Of a DNA stretch of 32,000 bases, positions 5,727-15,117 are shown piece after piece. Under the pieces are notes generated by a model that made no database searches, had not been told where the DNA came from, and saw only the letters and a list, made by a program, of their open reading frames with translations. The DNA comes from Candidatus Iainarchaeum sp. (GTDB lineage: Archaea; Iainarchaeota; Iainarchaeia; Iainarchaeales; DTGL01): positions 1 through 32,000 of the forward strand of contig JAVYME010000002.1 in assembly GCA_038736825.1 (NCBI GenBank), read 5' to 3'. Made by a program: the position numbers and the translations under genes. Position 1 is the stretch's first letter, and each line of letters opens with the position of its first letter.

Positions 5727-6734
5727 TTATAGGAATCCCATTTGTCCCATAAGGGTTCCCAGTGTGCTGCGCACGAAGAAGAATAAAAAGAAGTCTATGA
5801 AGAGGATAACCGGAATGTAGCGTATGCCGTTTATTTCGTTTCCTGTCTGGATTACGCCTATTGCTAGAGAGGAAAAAATTGCTGTGATTACGAGGGCGAT
5901 TTCTGCAAAAAACACTATGAATTCTTCGCTTACTTTTTCTTTTTGAGTGTCTGTTGTGAGCATTGTTATTCTGCCAGCCACTCCAATGCTTGTGTTTTCT
6001 GGAAGGTTTGATGGACCGTATTGTGTGGAGCGCTCGCTTACAATGCCTACAATGTAGGAGGAAATCCCAAACAATATTGGGGCGCCAAATGCTGCTGTAA
6101 TGAATATCATCATTATGTACATGCTAATGTTGGCGTTGATTTCTTCTTTGATTGCGTTTTCTTCTCTTATGCTGTCACTTAACTGGAATAACAAGTCTGT
6201 TATTTGGCCTCCGCTTCTTATGCCGTGAATGAGCAGGCTTATGGTTCTTTCCAGCAATGGCGAGTTTATTTTTTTGGGTATTTCGCTTAATGCAACCTCT
6301 GTTCTCTGCCCTGTAATGATTTTTCTGCTTGCCACTTTGAATTCTCGGCTTAATGGCCCGAATTCGTCTCTTGCTGATTCAAATAGTGCTCTTTCTGTGG
6401 TCATGCCGGTTTTAATGTTTGAGGCTATGAGTTCTAGTGCGTCTGGAAGGAATTTTTCTGCAATTTCTGCTTTTTTTAGTGAAACTATTTTTAGCCAGTA
6501 TAAGGCTATGCCTGCAAAAAGCATTGTTGCTATTGGAAAGGAAAGATATCCGGGAAAACCGTATAAGAGGTAGGCGGCAATTGAAGCAATTATGCCCAAG
6601 CCAACTGAAAATATTACTAGAAAGCCTGCAAAGCGGGTTTCACTCATTTCTATGTCTACATATGCTAAGCTTTTGGACAGCCTTTTTCTCAGGCTTTTTG
6701 GCAGTATGGCTCCAATTCTTTCATAAAATGACAT
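5727..6734 (-). CDS. Pilus platform membrane protein, T2SS-F domain (TadC/EpdK/FlaJ-like half)
   Basis: 335 aa. Multiple TM helices flank a cytoplasmic helical domain (LPDALELIASNIKTGMTTERAL...), typical of GspF/TadC-type proteins. Last gene of the pilus operon. Confidence 0.85.
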   Translation of the reverse strand: MSFYERIGAILPKSLRKRLSKSLAYVDIEMSETRFAGFLVIFSVGLGIIASIAAYLLYGFPGYLSFPIATMLFAGIALYWLKIVSLKKAEIAEKFLPDALELIASNIKTGMTTERALFESARDEFGPLSREFKVASRKIITGQRTEVALSEIPKKINSPLLERTISLLIHGIRSGGQITDLLFQLSDSIREENAIKEEINANISMYIMMIFITAAFGAPILFGISSYIVGIVSERSTQYGPSNLPENTSIGVAGRITMLTTDTQKEKVSEEFIVFFAEIALVITAIFSSLAIGVIQTGNEINGIRYIPVILFIDFFLFFFVRSTLGTLMGQMGFL

Positions 6735-6740
6735 TTTTTT

Positions 6741-7646
6741 TCAACTGCTTATGAGTGTTGGCCTCTTGGATTTAATGAGGCCTATGAACATGAATTCCAT
6801 TATGCCTATTACTACTAGCAAGAGAATGAATATTGGCTCGCTTATGCTTATTTTTGGAAAGCTTCCAATTACTATCAGGAATGCTAGTCCGAGGGCTGGA
6901 ATTATTATTCCAATCATCATGTATACTAGGGAGAGAACTCTTAGTTGAGCCCCATATTTTTCAATTCCTATTTTTTGTTGTCTTGAAAGCGAGTGAAGTG
7001 ATTCTGATATGATTTTTTCTATGTCGCCTCCGCCTTTCAAGCCGTTCACCATTTGCCACACTACTCTGCGGAACATTGGGGAGGGGTTTGCGTCAGCCAT
7101 TTCCTGCAATGCTGTTTCTTGTGGTATGCCGGCATTGATTTTGTGCATCATTTTTTGGAATTCTTGGCTTAGGGTGCCGTATTCTTCTTCTGCCACCACT
7201 TTCATTGCATAGTATAAGCTTATTCCGCTTTTCAATTGCACTAGGATTGTTCTCAGGGCGAAAACCAGGTTTTTTTCAATTTCTCTGACTTTTCTCCTTA
7301 CAACAATTGTAGGGTATGCCAGTAATTGCACTAAAACCATGAAAGCACTGAATAATGCCAGTAAAAACGTTATTATTAGTGGGTGTGTGGGTGGGTTTAT
7401 CCACAAGCGATCCACAAGCAAGAATATCAATCCAAAGGATAACATGAAATAGAATGCTGCCAGCATTACCATTATTGCAATATACTCTTTGGCTGTTATG
7501 TTTAAGTCTGCTTGTTTGAGTTGGCTTTTCAGGATTGGAAATTTTTTTTCAAGTGTTGCGCCCAAAGGGGTTAGTGGAGCGCTCATTGTTTTGAGTTTTT
7601 CCAGTGGCAGTATGCCAAATGGCAGCATTTGCTTCATTTGCATCAT
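6741..7646 (-). CDS. Pilus platform membrane protein, T2SS-F domain (TadB/EpdJ/FlaJ-like half)
   Basis: 301 aa with the same architecture (LVFALRTILVQLKSGISLYYAM...). ATGA overlap with the ATPase gene. Confidence 0.85.
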   Translation of the reverse strand: MMQMKQMLPFGILPLEKLKTMSAPLTPLGATLEKKFPILKSQLKQADLNITAKEYIAIMVMLAAFYFMLSFGLIFLLVDRLWINPPTHPLIITFLLALFSAFMVLVQLLAYPTIVVRRKVREIEKNLVFALRTILVQLKSGISLYYAMKVVAEEEYGTLSQEFQKMMHKINAGIPQETALQEMADANPSPMFRRVVWQMVNGLKGGGDIEKIISESLHSLSRQQKIGIEKYGAQLRVLSLVYMMIGIIIPALGLAFLIVIGSFPKISISEPIFILLLVVIGIMEFMFIGLIKSKRPTLISS

Positions 7647-9160
7647 TCTATTATTTTTTTAAAGTCCTGGTTTTTTCTAACAATTTCTATAACCCGGTCT
7701 GGATCATTATAGTATTCTGCAACAACCCTTCCAACACTATTTACATCCTTTATTTTTTTGTCCACCATCCAGTCCAGGATTTTTTGCTTTTCCAGTATTT
7801 CTTTCTTTATTTCCATTACATTCATGCCTGTATGCAAGCCCAGTTCGTCAAACAACCTAATGCTTTCATTTTGTTTTCTTATCTGGTCTTTTGCTGGACT
7901 CCACCTAAAAATCAGGTTTGTTTTTACAACTTCCTCTGTCACTCCTCTTTTTTCTGGAATGAATTCTGCGACATGCAATACTCTCCTGCTACCTATTTTC
8001 CTGTTCCTGAACATTACAACGTTTAAGTGGACTGCGTCAAGCATTGTCAAGGGCACTGAAATCGGCGGGTTTACAAGCCTTCTAATGGTTTCCTGTGCAG
8101 TGTTTGCGTGCACTGTAGTGTAAGCGCTATGCCCTGTGTGCATTGCTTCAAACAATACTTCGGCTTCCCTTTGCCTTCTTATTTCGCCTACTATTATTCT
8201 GTCAGGCCTCATTCTAAGAGAGTTTACCAATAAGTCGAGCATTGAAACCCCGCCTTTTCCTTCAGGGTTGGGTTCTCTTGTGGTTAATGGAACCCAGTGC
8301 AAGAATTCTGGTGCTCTTAGTTCTCTTGTGTCTTCTATGCTTATCATTCTATGGTTTGGGGGAATGAATGGAAGGCAAATGCCGAGAATTGTGGTTTTTC
8401 CGCTTGCTGTGCCCCCACTGAATATTATGTTTAACTCGTATTGTATTGCTTCCCACAAGGTTGCCATTAATTCTGCGCTTACTGTGTTGTTTTCTATTAG
8501 TTCTGAGACTGTCCAAGGGTCTCTCCTGAACATTCTAATTGTGATTGTGTTTCCATTGCTGCTTATCGGGTAAAGGGTTGCGTTTGCCCTGTCTCCTGTT
8601 ATCAAGTGTGCGTCCAGCAACGGGTTTAAGGTGGTTATTTGTTTGCCGATTCTTCTTGCAATTATGTTTGCATAGTTTTCTATTTGTTCTTCGGGTTCAA
8701 CGAAAATGTTTGATTTTAGCCAGCCGTATTTTTTGTGGTAAACCCATACTGGGGCGTCTGACTGGTTTACCACGATTTCTTCCAGGTTTGGGTCTGAAAG
8801 CATTATTTCCAGTTTGCCTAAGCCAAGCATTTCGTGCATTAGGACTGCGGTTAAATCGTTCACTGTTTTTTGGTCTGCTTTCGGCATTCTTGCCTTTATT
8901 TGCTTTTCTGCCTCTCTTGCAAAGTTTTTTTTCATTTCATTGATTTGGTCTGGGTCTGAGATTTTTTCGCTCATTGCCCCTCTCACTGATATAAGGCTGT
9001 TTTTTAGTTCTAAGAGCAGTGCTTGGGTTCCAGCGCCTATTTCTGGAATGTTCACATTGTATTCGTTTACGAGTTCGTGCCTTTTTTCCAAAATGTTGAT
9101 TTCCACTTCTTCTTTGTCGGCTTGCACTTTATAGGATTCTATGACTTTTTCCACTGCCAT
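7643..9160 (-). CDS. Type II/IV secretion-family ATPase (archaeal PilB/FlaI/TadA-like assembly ATPase)
   Basis: Walker A GGTASGKTT. ISIEDTRELR, RMRPDRIIVGEIR and EAMHTGHSAYTTVHAN are canonical VirB11/GspE-family boxes. GGTGG Shine-Dalgarno upstream. Confidence 0.95.
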   Translation of the reverse strand: MAVEKVIESYKVQADKEEVEINILEKRHELVNEYNVNIPEIGAGTQALLLELKNSLISVRGAMSEKISDPDQINEMKKNFAREAEKQIKARMPKADQKTVNDLTAVLMHEMLGLGKLEIMLSDPNLEEIVVNQSDAPVWVYHKKYGWLKSNIFVEPEEQIENYANIIARRIGKQITTLNPLLDAHLITGDRANATLYPISSNGNTITIRMFRRDPWTVSELIENNTVSAELMATLWEAIQYELNIIFSGGTASGKTTILGICLPFIPPNHRMISIEDTRELRAPEFLHWVPLTTREPNPEGKGGVSMLDLLVNSLRMRPDRIIVGEIRRQREAEVLFEAMHTGHSAYTTVHANTAQETIRRLVNPPISVPLTMLDAVHLNVVMFRNRKIGSRRVLHVAEFIPEKRGVTEEVVKTNLIFRWSPAKDQIRKQNESIRLFDELGLHTGMNVMEIKKEILEKQKILDWMVDKKIKDVNSVGRVVAEYYNDPDRVIEIVRKNQDFKKIIE

Positions 9161-9181
9161 TTCATTCCACCATTGCGGGTT

Positions 9182-10417
9182 TTATTTTTTTGCTTTTTTT
9201 TCTTCTTTTAATTTTATTAGAATGCCGCCCAAAGGCAAGTATTTTAATTCCACAAGCCCGTTTTCTGCAAGGATTTCAGCGTATTCGTCCACTTTTTTTC
9301 CGGGAATGCCAAGCTCTTTTGATAATTGTTTTGATTTTGCATGCCCTTTTTCTTTTACATAAGCGTAAATCCTGTCCGCATCCGTTACAATGCGGTGCTT
9401 TTTTATCTCTTTTGCAATTGTTTTTGTTTTTTCTTTTTTGTGGTCCAAGTAGGGCATTGCGGTGTCAATCATTTCAGGCGATTCTTCTATTATTATTCTT
9501 CTTTCCCTTCTGTCAGCTTCAATTAAGTTTATTAGTCTGTCAAAGTCTTGCAATAGCCTGCGGCTGTCCAGTTTTTCGAGCTCGCTTTCAATTTGTTTTT
9601 CGCTTAAATGGTATTTTTGCATTAATTCTTGAATTCTGCGCTCTGCAACCTCTATTTTTTCTTCTGGAGTGCCTTCTCCGCTTTTTTCTTTTATTATTTC
9701 TTTTAATCTTTCTCTTTGCATTTCCTCCATTGCAGCTTTTTCTGCTCTTTGTTTTGCCCAAAGGCTTCTTTCAATGAGAGCGCTTTCCTTGTCTTGTGGC
9801 TTGGTTTCAATAGCACTAGGGGTTTCAAGCGAAGTATTTTTTTGCGGTTCTTCCAATGGTTTAACCTCAGGCGTGCTCTCCTTTGAACCAACCACTGGTT
9901 CTGTTGTTTCTGGAGTTTTTTCTGCTTCCACTGGTTTTGCTTCTTTTTCTTTTTCGGCTTTCCTTGTTTTTTTGGTTTTTGGCTTTAATGGCTTTTTTCC
10001 TTCAAGTTTTGCCCTTATTTTTTTCCTGCGCAGTTTTCTTTCTTTTGGCAAACCCTTTTTTTTGCTTTCCTCTCTCTCCATCTTTATTATTTCCTTTTCC
10101 AGTGAAACAAGCTTTTCCTCTATTTCTTTTATTGCCTTGCGGTCAGCAGGGGTTTTCTCTTTTTTTGCAGCAATTTCATCCAGTTTGTGCTCTAACCTTT
10201 TATGCCAAGCTTTTTTTGCAGCAAGCTGGTGCTCTGCCTTTCCATCAAACCAACCCTTGTGCTTTTCCATTTTCAAGAATTCGCCGCCCTTGCTTTCCCT
10301 CCATTTTTCAACAGCAGTTGGCGGGTGCTTTTCAGCCTCTCTGGCAATCTGCTCTGCCTTTTTTATTCCAAAAAGCCGTTTAAGCAATTCAAACAATCTA
10401 ATAGCCATTTTTTTCAT
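9182..10417 (-). CDS. Lys/Glu-rich protein with a C-terminal winged-helix-like domain; pilus-operon accessory of unknown function
   Basis: 411 aa with long charged low-complexity and coiled-coil stretches. The last ~70 aa (IVTDADRIYAYVKEKGHAKSKQLSKELGIPGKKVDEYAEILAENGLVELKY) look like a wHTH. The + strand ORFs across it are mirror artefacts. Confidence 0.7.
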   Translation of the reverse strand: MKKMAIRLFELLKRLFGIKKAEQIAREAEKHPPTAVEKWRESKGGEFLKMEKHKGWFDGKAEHQLAAKKAWHKRLEHKLDEIAAKKEKTPADRKAIKEIEEKLVSLEKEIIKMEREESKKKGLPKERKLRRKKIRAKLEGKKPLKPKTKKTRKAEKEKEAKPVEAEKTPETTEPVVGSKESTPEVKPLEEPQKNTSLETPSAIETKPQDKESALIERSLWAKQRAEKAAMEEMQRERLKEIIKEKSGEGTPEEKIEVAERRIQELMQKYHLSEKQIESELEKLDSRRLLQDFDRLINLIEADRRERRIIIEESPEMIDTAMPYLDHKKEKTKTIAKEIKKHRIVTDADRIYAYVKEKGHAKSKQLSKELGIPGKKVDEYAEILAENGLVELKYLPLGGILIKLKEEKKAKK

Positions 10418-10464
10418 CTCTCTTTTGAAGAATATTGCAGGCTCTTTATTATTAATTTTTCCCT

Positions 10465-11442
10465 TTAATTTATTGCCTCCAAATTGTTTGATTTCACGAT
10501 TTTTTTGTCAGGAGTGCTAACTGAAACATTAAAATCAAGCAATTTAAAGGAATCCACGTTTGCATCAAACAAGTGGTTCACTAAAAACTCTGTCCTTGTA
10601 GGGCCAGCATGGTTTATTGAAACCCCTTGACTGAAACTGATTGTTATCGGACTAGAATTGCAGGACGGCTTGTCGCAAAAAATTGTTATTGTTTCCCCAG
10701 TTGCTGGATTATAATGTCCTGAAATTGTTTTTTGCAGTGCCCCGAAATTGCAATTGCCGCATTTTGAGTCATCTATTGTTATAGAAAAATACGGTTGTGT
10801 GCTGGCTGGATTGAATGGTTGTGAGGCAGGACAAATTGCACCATTGCAAAGAATTGCATTATAGTCTTCATCGTACTGGTAAATTGTCACTCCAACATCA
10901 ATTCTTTTAATTCGCGAAAAATCAAATCCAGAGCAGCGCCCGCTCTTGGATTCTGCAAAAACTGCACTTTGTTTGCTTAAAGCGAATTCATAACAAAAGG
11001 GCTCCAGCAAGAAATGGAATGTGTTCGCATTGCCACCCCATTCCTCGTTCTTGATGGTGTTAATGTCCACATCCAATCCAGCATAGGTTGTTGCATAGCT
11101 TTTGTCCTCAAGCATTATTTCTGCAAGGTTTAAAGTGTCAAAATACGTGTTGAAATCCGATTCCCTTAAAGGCAAGCCAAAGTCTGTGCTTGTGGAATGG
11201 TTTCCAAAATTATAGTCGAATGGCAGAATCCTTTTCTCGATTTTTGTCGCTTCAGCGCTTTTCTTCAATTCTATCACTGAATCATTAATGTTTTCAAACA
11301 ATTCTGAAACACGCAATATTGTTGCCGGAGTGTCAAAATGCTGTTCTGTGGCACGGTTTTCCTGTATTGTGGAATTCAATGCCAGTATGGAAAGAATCAT
11401 CAAGAAAACCATTGCAGTGAACAAAATGCCTTTTGAATTCAT
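10465..11442 (-). CDS. Secreted or pilin-like Cys-rich protein of the pilus operon
   Basis: N-terminus MNSKG/ILFTAMVFLMILSILAL (basic residues, G, then a hydrophobic helix). About 10 Cys in the C-terminal half. Operon position. Confidence 0.65.
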   Translation of the reverse strand: MNSKGILFTAMVFLMILSILALNSTIQENRATEQHFDTPATILRVSELFENINDSVIELKKSAEATKIEKRILPFDYNFGNHSTSTDFGLPLRESDFNTYFDTLNLAEIMLEDKSYATTYAGLDVDINTIKNEEWGGNANTFHFLLEPFCYEFALSKQSAVFAESKSGRCSGFDFSRIKRIDVGVTIYQYDEDYNAILCNGAICPASQPFNPASTQPYFSITIDDSKCGNCNFGALQKTISGHYNPATGETITIFCDKPSCNSSPITISFSQGVSINHAGPTRTEFLVNHLFDANVDSFKLLDFNVSVSTPDKKIVKSNNLEAIN

Positions 11443-11457
11443 TTTTTCACTTTAAAG

Positions 11458-13797
11458 CTATTTTCTCCAAACCCAAGCAGTTAACTTATAATATTCCACT
11501 CTTGTCCCGCTATGGCATAAAATTTTGGCAATGTTTCCCCGCGGGCACTCTTTTATGTTGCCATTCGGGTTAATTACTGCAATAATCCAGCCCTCTTTTG
11601 AAAGCGGTTGATCGTAAAACAGTTTGAAAGCATTCACATCCAATAAAGGAACATTAATAGTCAAAAGCTTGTTCACTGGATCAATTGTTGCACCATCAGG
11701 GCTCCAATAAAAGTCTATTGTTGTTGCCCCTGCATTCAGCAACCCAGTGTTTTTAGCATTCAAATCCAAAAACAAGCTGTTAACAGCAACCAAATAACCA
11801 TTAACAATTGCAACTTGAAGGTCACGGAACTTCAATATTATGGTTTTTTTGTCAGGCCAAATAATGGGGGTTTTGCTTATTCCATTTTCGTCTTTATAAT
11901 AGAAAGCACTGTTTTCTCCTGGAATCTTGAAACTGCTAGTATTGCAAGCAGTGTCCATGTTGCAATCGTACTGGACAATGAAGTGGTTAAGCCATTCTTC
12001 GTTGGTTGAAAGGTGTGCTTTCGAATATTTCAAGAATTCCTTGCCTGAATCCACTTCAAAAGTGCCGCCATTGCTGTCCAAAACCCTGGCTCCAGCTGGC
12101 AATTCAACCCTAATGCTTACATCATAAGCCTCCTTTTGCTTTTTCAAAAGATAACCAATCTGGTAGCCAATATCTTCGTAAACTTGAGAGAGCAAAGTGA
12201 AATCTGAAAGATAATAATATTTTCCGCCAGTTATATCGGCCATTTCTTGCATTTTTGAAAGATTGTCAGAGGATCCAAATCCAATTGAGTAAATCACAAT
12301 ATTATTGTCCTTGCAAATATGTGCTTCTGGAATTGGCTCGTGTTGTGGGTCTTCTGTTTGCATATTGCTAATCAAAACAATTGCTTTTACTGAACCACTT
12401 TGGGCTCGTGATGATGTCAGTTCAAGTCGGCCCTCGTAAAGGGCAGAGCCAGTCTCGCTTTGTCCCCCCACCACTATGTCATCAATTCCTTTTTTTATCA
12501 AAAACCGGTTTGCATCACTGGCAACCATTAATTTTAGGTCAGTATTGACGTCTTGGTTGAATGAAAACATTGCCAGTTGGTCATAGTTTGCATCCCACAT
12601 TTGATGGTTAATGAAAGATTTTGATGCTTTTTTTAGCAGGTCTTCGATTTTGGCTTTTCCTTTATAGACAAGATTCAAGTCATAATTGATATTTTCATCA
12701 CTCCACCCCTGTATTCTCCAAAGCCCAGCCCCCGGATTGTTACCAGGGTCAACGGTTATGGGGGATGCCCCCGTTGCACCATTGACATTTGGCTTATATG
12801 TTCCAGTTGGACTCAAAAGCCTAAGCCTAGGGCTTCCACATGAACCAGCATAACCGGAATAGCTCATTAGAATTTGGAATCCCAAATCGCTTTCAAACTT
12901 TTCAATGTTTATATCATACAGGTTTTGCCAACTGTTAGCATCCGGATTATTGCAATTTCCAGAATAGGTGCCGCCATTAAATGAGCCACTTTTTATTACT
13001 CCCATGTTTTTGTTATTTTCGTTGCTTTTTAGAGAACCGCTTTTTGTGAGTAGCAAAACAATGTCTGCTTTTTTTCTTCCGCCTGAAGGAATGAAGGCGT
13101 TTAAATCGCATCTTATGTTTTGATCGCATTCTATTTCGCTTGTGTCTGGATCAAACTTTGTTGTGAATTGAATGTTTAAGTCAGGGCTGCTGCCGTTAAA
13201 GTATGCGATTGTTGGTTTTTCTTGAAAGAATGCTAAAACCGGTTTTTTGCTTGTTTTTTTGTCTGCGAATTGCACTGAGCATTGCCCTGGAGGTGATTTT
13301 TTCACCAAGAAAGTGCTAGTGCTCACGATTTCTTTTCCTTGCGGTATTGTGTTTCCTTTTTCTGGAAACACTATTTTGCTTGGAAAGCATTCTGTAAAGG
13401 TTTTGTTTGGATCCAAAAGGCAGTTTTCTTTGTTTGATTCAAATTTTTCCAGTCGAATGCGTAAGTCAAGGTTTGCCGGCAATTCTTTTTTCAAGATTGC
13501 GTAAAGCGCGTCCATTTGCGCGTTCTGTTTTAGTGCTGTTTCTTCAAAGCCGAAATTGTTGTCTAAAACGTTTATTACAAAGCCGTTTTCGTCTAATGCC
13601 CTGCGCATGTCTGCAATTAGTTCTTTGGATTCAATTAGTGCAGTATAGGGTTCTTTTTGGTGTGGGTAGATTGCTGCAATTCCCAAAAAGCCCAGTACGA
13701 CGAGCAATGCCATTGCTGCTTCAAAGGTGAAGGCATAGCCTTTTGCTTTATCTGAATGTTTTGAATTCGACAATTGCGTTCTCCCCCTTGAATTCAA
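11458..13797 (-). CDS. Large pilin-like protein with an internal von Willebrand factor A domain (TadG-like candidate tip adhesin)
   Basis: N-terminus ...DKAKG/YAFTFEAAMALLVVLGFLG. vWA landmarks: ADIVLLLTKSGS, GGQSETGSAL, AIVLISN, NIVIYSIGFG, ADITGGKYYYLSD. The start overlaps the upstream gene by 50 nt, so the true start may lie a few codons in. Confidence 0.8.
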   Translation of the reverse strand: MNSRGRTQLSNSKHSDKAKGYAFTFEAAMALLVVLGFLGIAAIYPHQKEPYTALIESKELIADMRRALDENGFVINVLDNNFGFEETALKQNAQMDALYAILKKELPANLDLRIRLEKFESNKENCLLDPNKTFTECFPSKIVFPEKGNTIPQGKEIVSTSTFLVKKSPPGQCSVQFADKKTSKKPVLAFFQEKPTIAYFNGSSPDLNIQFTTKFDPDTSEIECDQNIRCDLNAFIPSGGRKKADIVLLLTKSGSLKSNENNKNMGVIKSGSFNGGTYSGNCNNPDANSWQNLYDINIEKFESDLGFQILMSYSGYAGSCGSPRLRLLSPTGTYKPNVNGATGASPITVDPGNNPGAGLWRIQGWSDENINYDLNLVYKGKAKIEDLLKKASKSFINHQMWDANYDQLAMFSFNQDVNTDLKLMVASDANRFLIKKGIDDIVVGGQSETGSALYEGRLELTSSRAQSGSVKAIVLISNMQTEDPQHEPIPEAHICKDNNIVIYSIGFGSSDNLSKMQEMADITGGKYYYLSDFTLLSQVYEDIGYQIGYLLKKQKEAYDVSIRVELPAGARVLDSNGGTFEVDSGKEFLKYSKAHLSTNEEWLNHFIVQYDCNMDTACNTSSFKIPGENSAFYYKDENGISKTPIIWPDKKTIILKFRDLQVAIVNGYLVAVNSLFLDLNAKNTGLLNAGATTIDFYWSPDGATIDPVNKLLTINVPLLDVNAFKLFYDQPLSKEGWIIAVINPNGNIKECPRGNIAKILCHSGTRVEYYKLTAWVWRK

Positions 13798-14236
13798 CCA
13801 GTCTTTTTAGCGAGACTGTGTTTTTTTCTGGAGTGGGTGGCACTCCAAGGGTTGTGGTTAAGCCTTGTGATTTGAATTCAAAGTAAAAGTCATAGCCTTC
13901 AAGTTTCATTTTGGTTTTTGCGGTTTGATAGTCTAATGCCAGGAATGCTGCCAGTTTTGTTTCATCTATTGTGTTTTTTTTGCTGCACAACCCGATTATT
14001 TCGACATTGCTTGGATTCCAGTTTTCAGGATAGCCTTTTGTTTTTAATAGTGCGTTTAGTGCTTGCAAGGATTTTGCTTCCATTTCGGTTGTTGCAATTG
14101 TGCCTGTCGCATTGCGGTAATTGATTGTCCAAATTGTGTTCAGTATTGTGAATGCCAGCAGGAAAACCATTATTCCTATCAAGAAATCGTAAAACGACAC
14201 CTGCCCTTTTCTAAAAATTTTATGGCGTGTTTGCAA
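13748..14236 (-). CDS. Minor pilin-like protein
   Basis: FRKG/QVSFYDFLIGIMVFLLAF class III-type signal with Q at +1 and an acidic residue at +6. Confidence 0.7.
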   Translation of the reverse strand: MQTRHKIFRKGQVSFYDFLIGIMVFLLAFTILNTIWTINYRNATGTIATTEMEAKSLQALNALLKTKGYPENWNPSNVEIIGLCSKKNTIDETKLAAFLALDYQTAKTKMKLEGYDFYFEFKSQGLTTTLGVPPTPEKNTVSLKRLVEFKGENAIVEFKTFR

Positions 14237-14591
14237 TTGTTATCACTCCGTTAAGGTTTTTTGCAGTCACTTTTCCACTGTTAAGGTTTGCGGGAACGGC
14301 TTTTCCAATGAAATCGCAGCGCATTCCCTGCATTAACACGTATCCGTCTCCCACTTGAAAGTTTTTGCTTGCAGTGAATTCTGCTTTTGAGAATGGTCCT
14401 TCAGAGTAAAGCAGTGATAGTGATAATGCGATTTCATTGCATTCATTGGCTGTTTTGTATGCAAAACCTAGTTCTTTTGTGGTTTCATCCCTTAAAGCGT
14501 TTATTACCACTACCAAAACCAGTAATAAGAGCAATACTGCCACTGCTGCGACTGCTTCCAGGGTGAGCTGGGCTTTGTTTTTTTTCATCAC
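14220..14591 (-). CDS. Pilin-like protein (class III signal peptide)
   Basis: MMKKNKA/QLTLEAVAAVAVLLLLL: Q at +1, E at +5, then a hydrophobic helix. Confidence 0.75.
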   Translation of the reverse strand: MMKKNKAQLTLEAVAAVAVLLLLLVLVVVINALRDETTKELGFAYKTANECNEIALSLSLLYSEGPFSKAEFTASKNFQVGDGYVLMQGMRCDFIGKAVPANLNSGKVTAKNLNGVITIANTP

Positions 14592-14989
14592 ACCACTTCA
14601 ATGAAGTTCACGTTTTCGTCCACTGCAATGGCTTGCACTTTGTGGTATCCTTTTGTTGAGGGGATTGTGCCTGAAACATTAAAGTCGAATACTGCAATGG
14701 AACTGCTTCCATTGAATTTTATGGTGATTGTTTTGCCTTCTGGTTTGATGCTGGTAATGCCGTCAGGCAAATTGATTTCTGCAATGAGTGCGCTGCCTGG
14801 TCCGAGAGCGTAAACCTTGTCTGCTGTGGCTGTCAAAGTGTTTAGGGCTGTGTTTGCTTGGTCTATTTGCACTGCATTGTTGTAGGATGGCAGTATGTAT
14901 GCCAGCATTAGTGCTGTTGCCAAGAGCAGTGTGGCTGCAATTATCATGTATTCCAGGGCTGCTTGCGCCCTGTTAAAAGAGAGTTCCAT
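14588..14989 (-). CDS. Pilin (class III signal peptide); first gene of the pilus operon
   Basis: MELSFNRA/QAALEYMIIAATLLLATALML has the same QxALEY motif as the pilin at 3111. ATGA overlap with the next gene. Confidence 0.8.
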   Translation of the reverse strand: MELSFNRAQAALEYMIIAATLLLATALMLAYILPSYNNAVQIDQANTALNTLTATADKVYALGPGSALIAEINLPDGITSIKPEGKTITIKFNGSSSIAVFDFNVSGTIPSTKGYHKVQAIAVDENVNFIEVV

Positions 14990-15117
14990 CTTTTTTACCT
15001 ATATTATTATTTAATGGCTGGATTAAAAATTGTTTTCCTTTTTTTGGTTTTTTTTTTAATAAAAATGTGTTTAAACAGGGAATAAATATGTTTTAAGGCT
15101 TTTTCAAGCCATTTTTT

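Noticed and set aside
9190-10520. + strand ORFs 9190..9777, 9669..10520, 9883..10383 and 10202..10468
   Set aside because: They are Phe/Leu/Ser-rich mirror images of the K/E-rich minus-strand gene, which fits the operon and has a clean start and stop.
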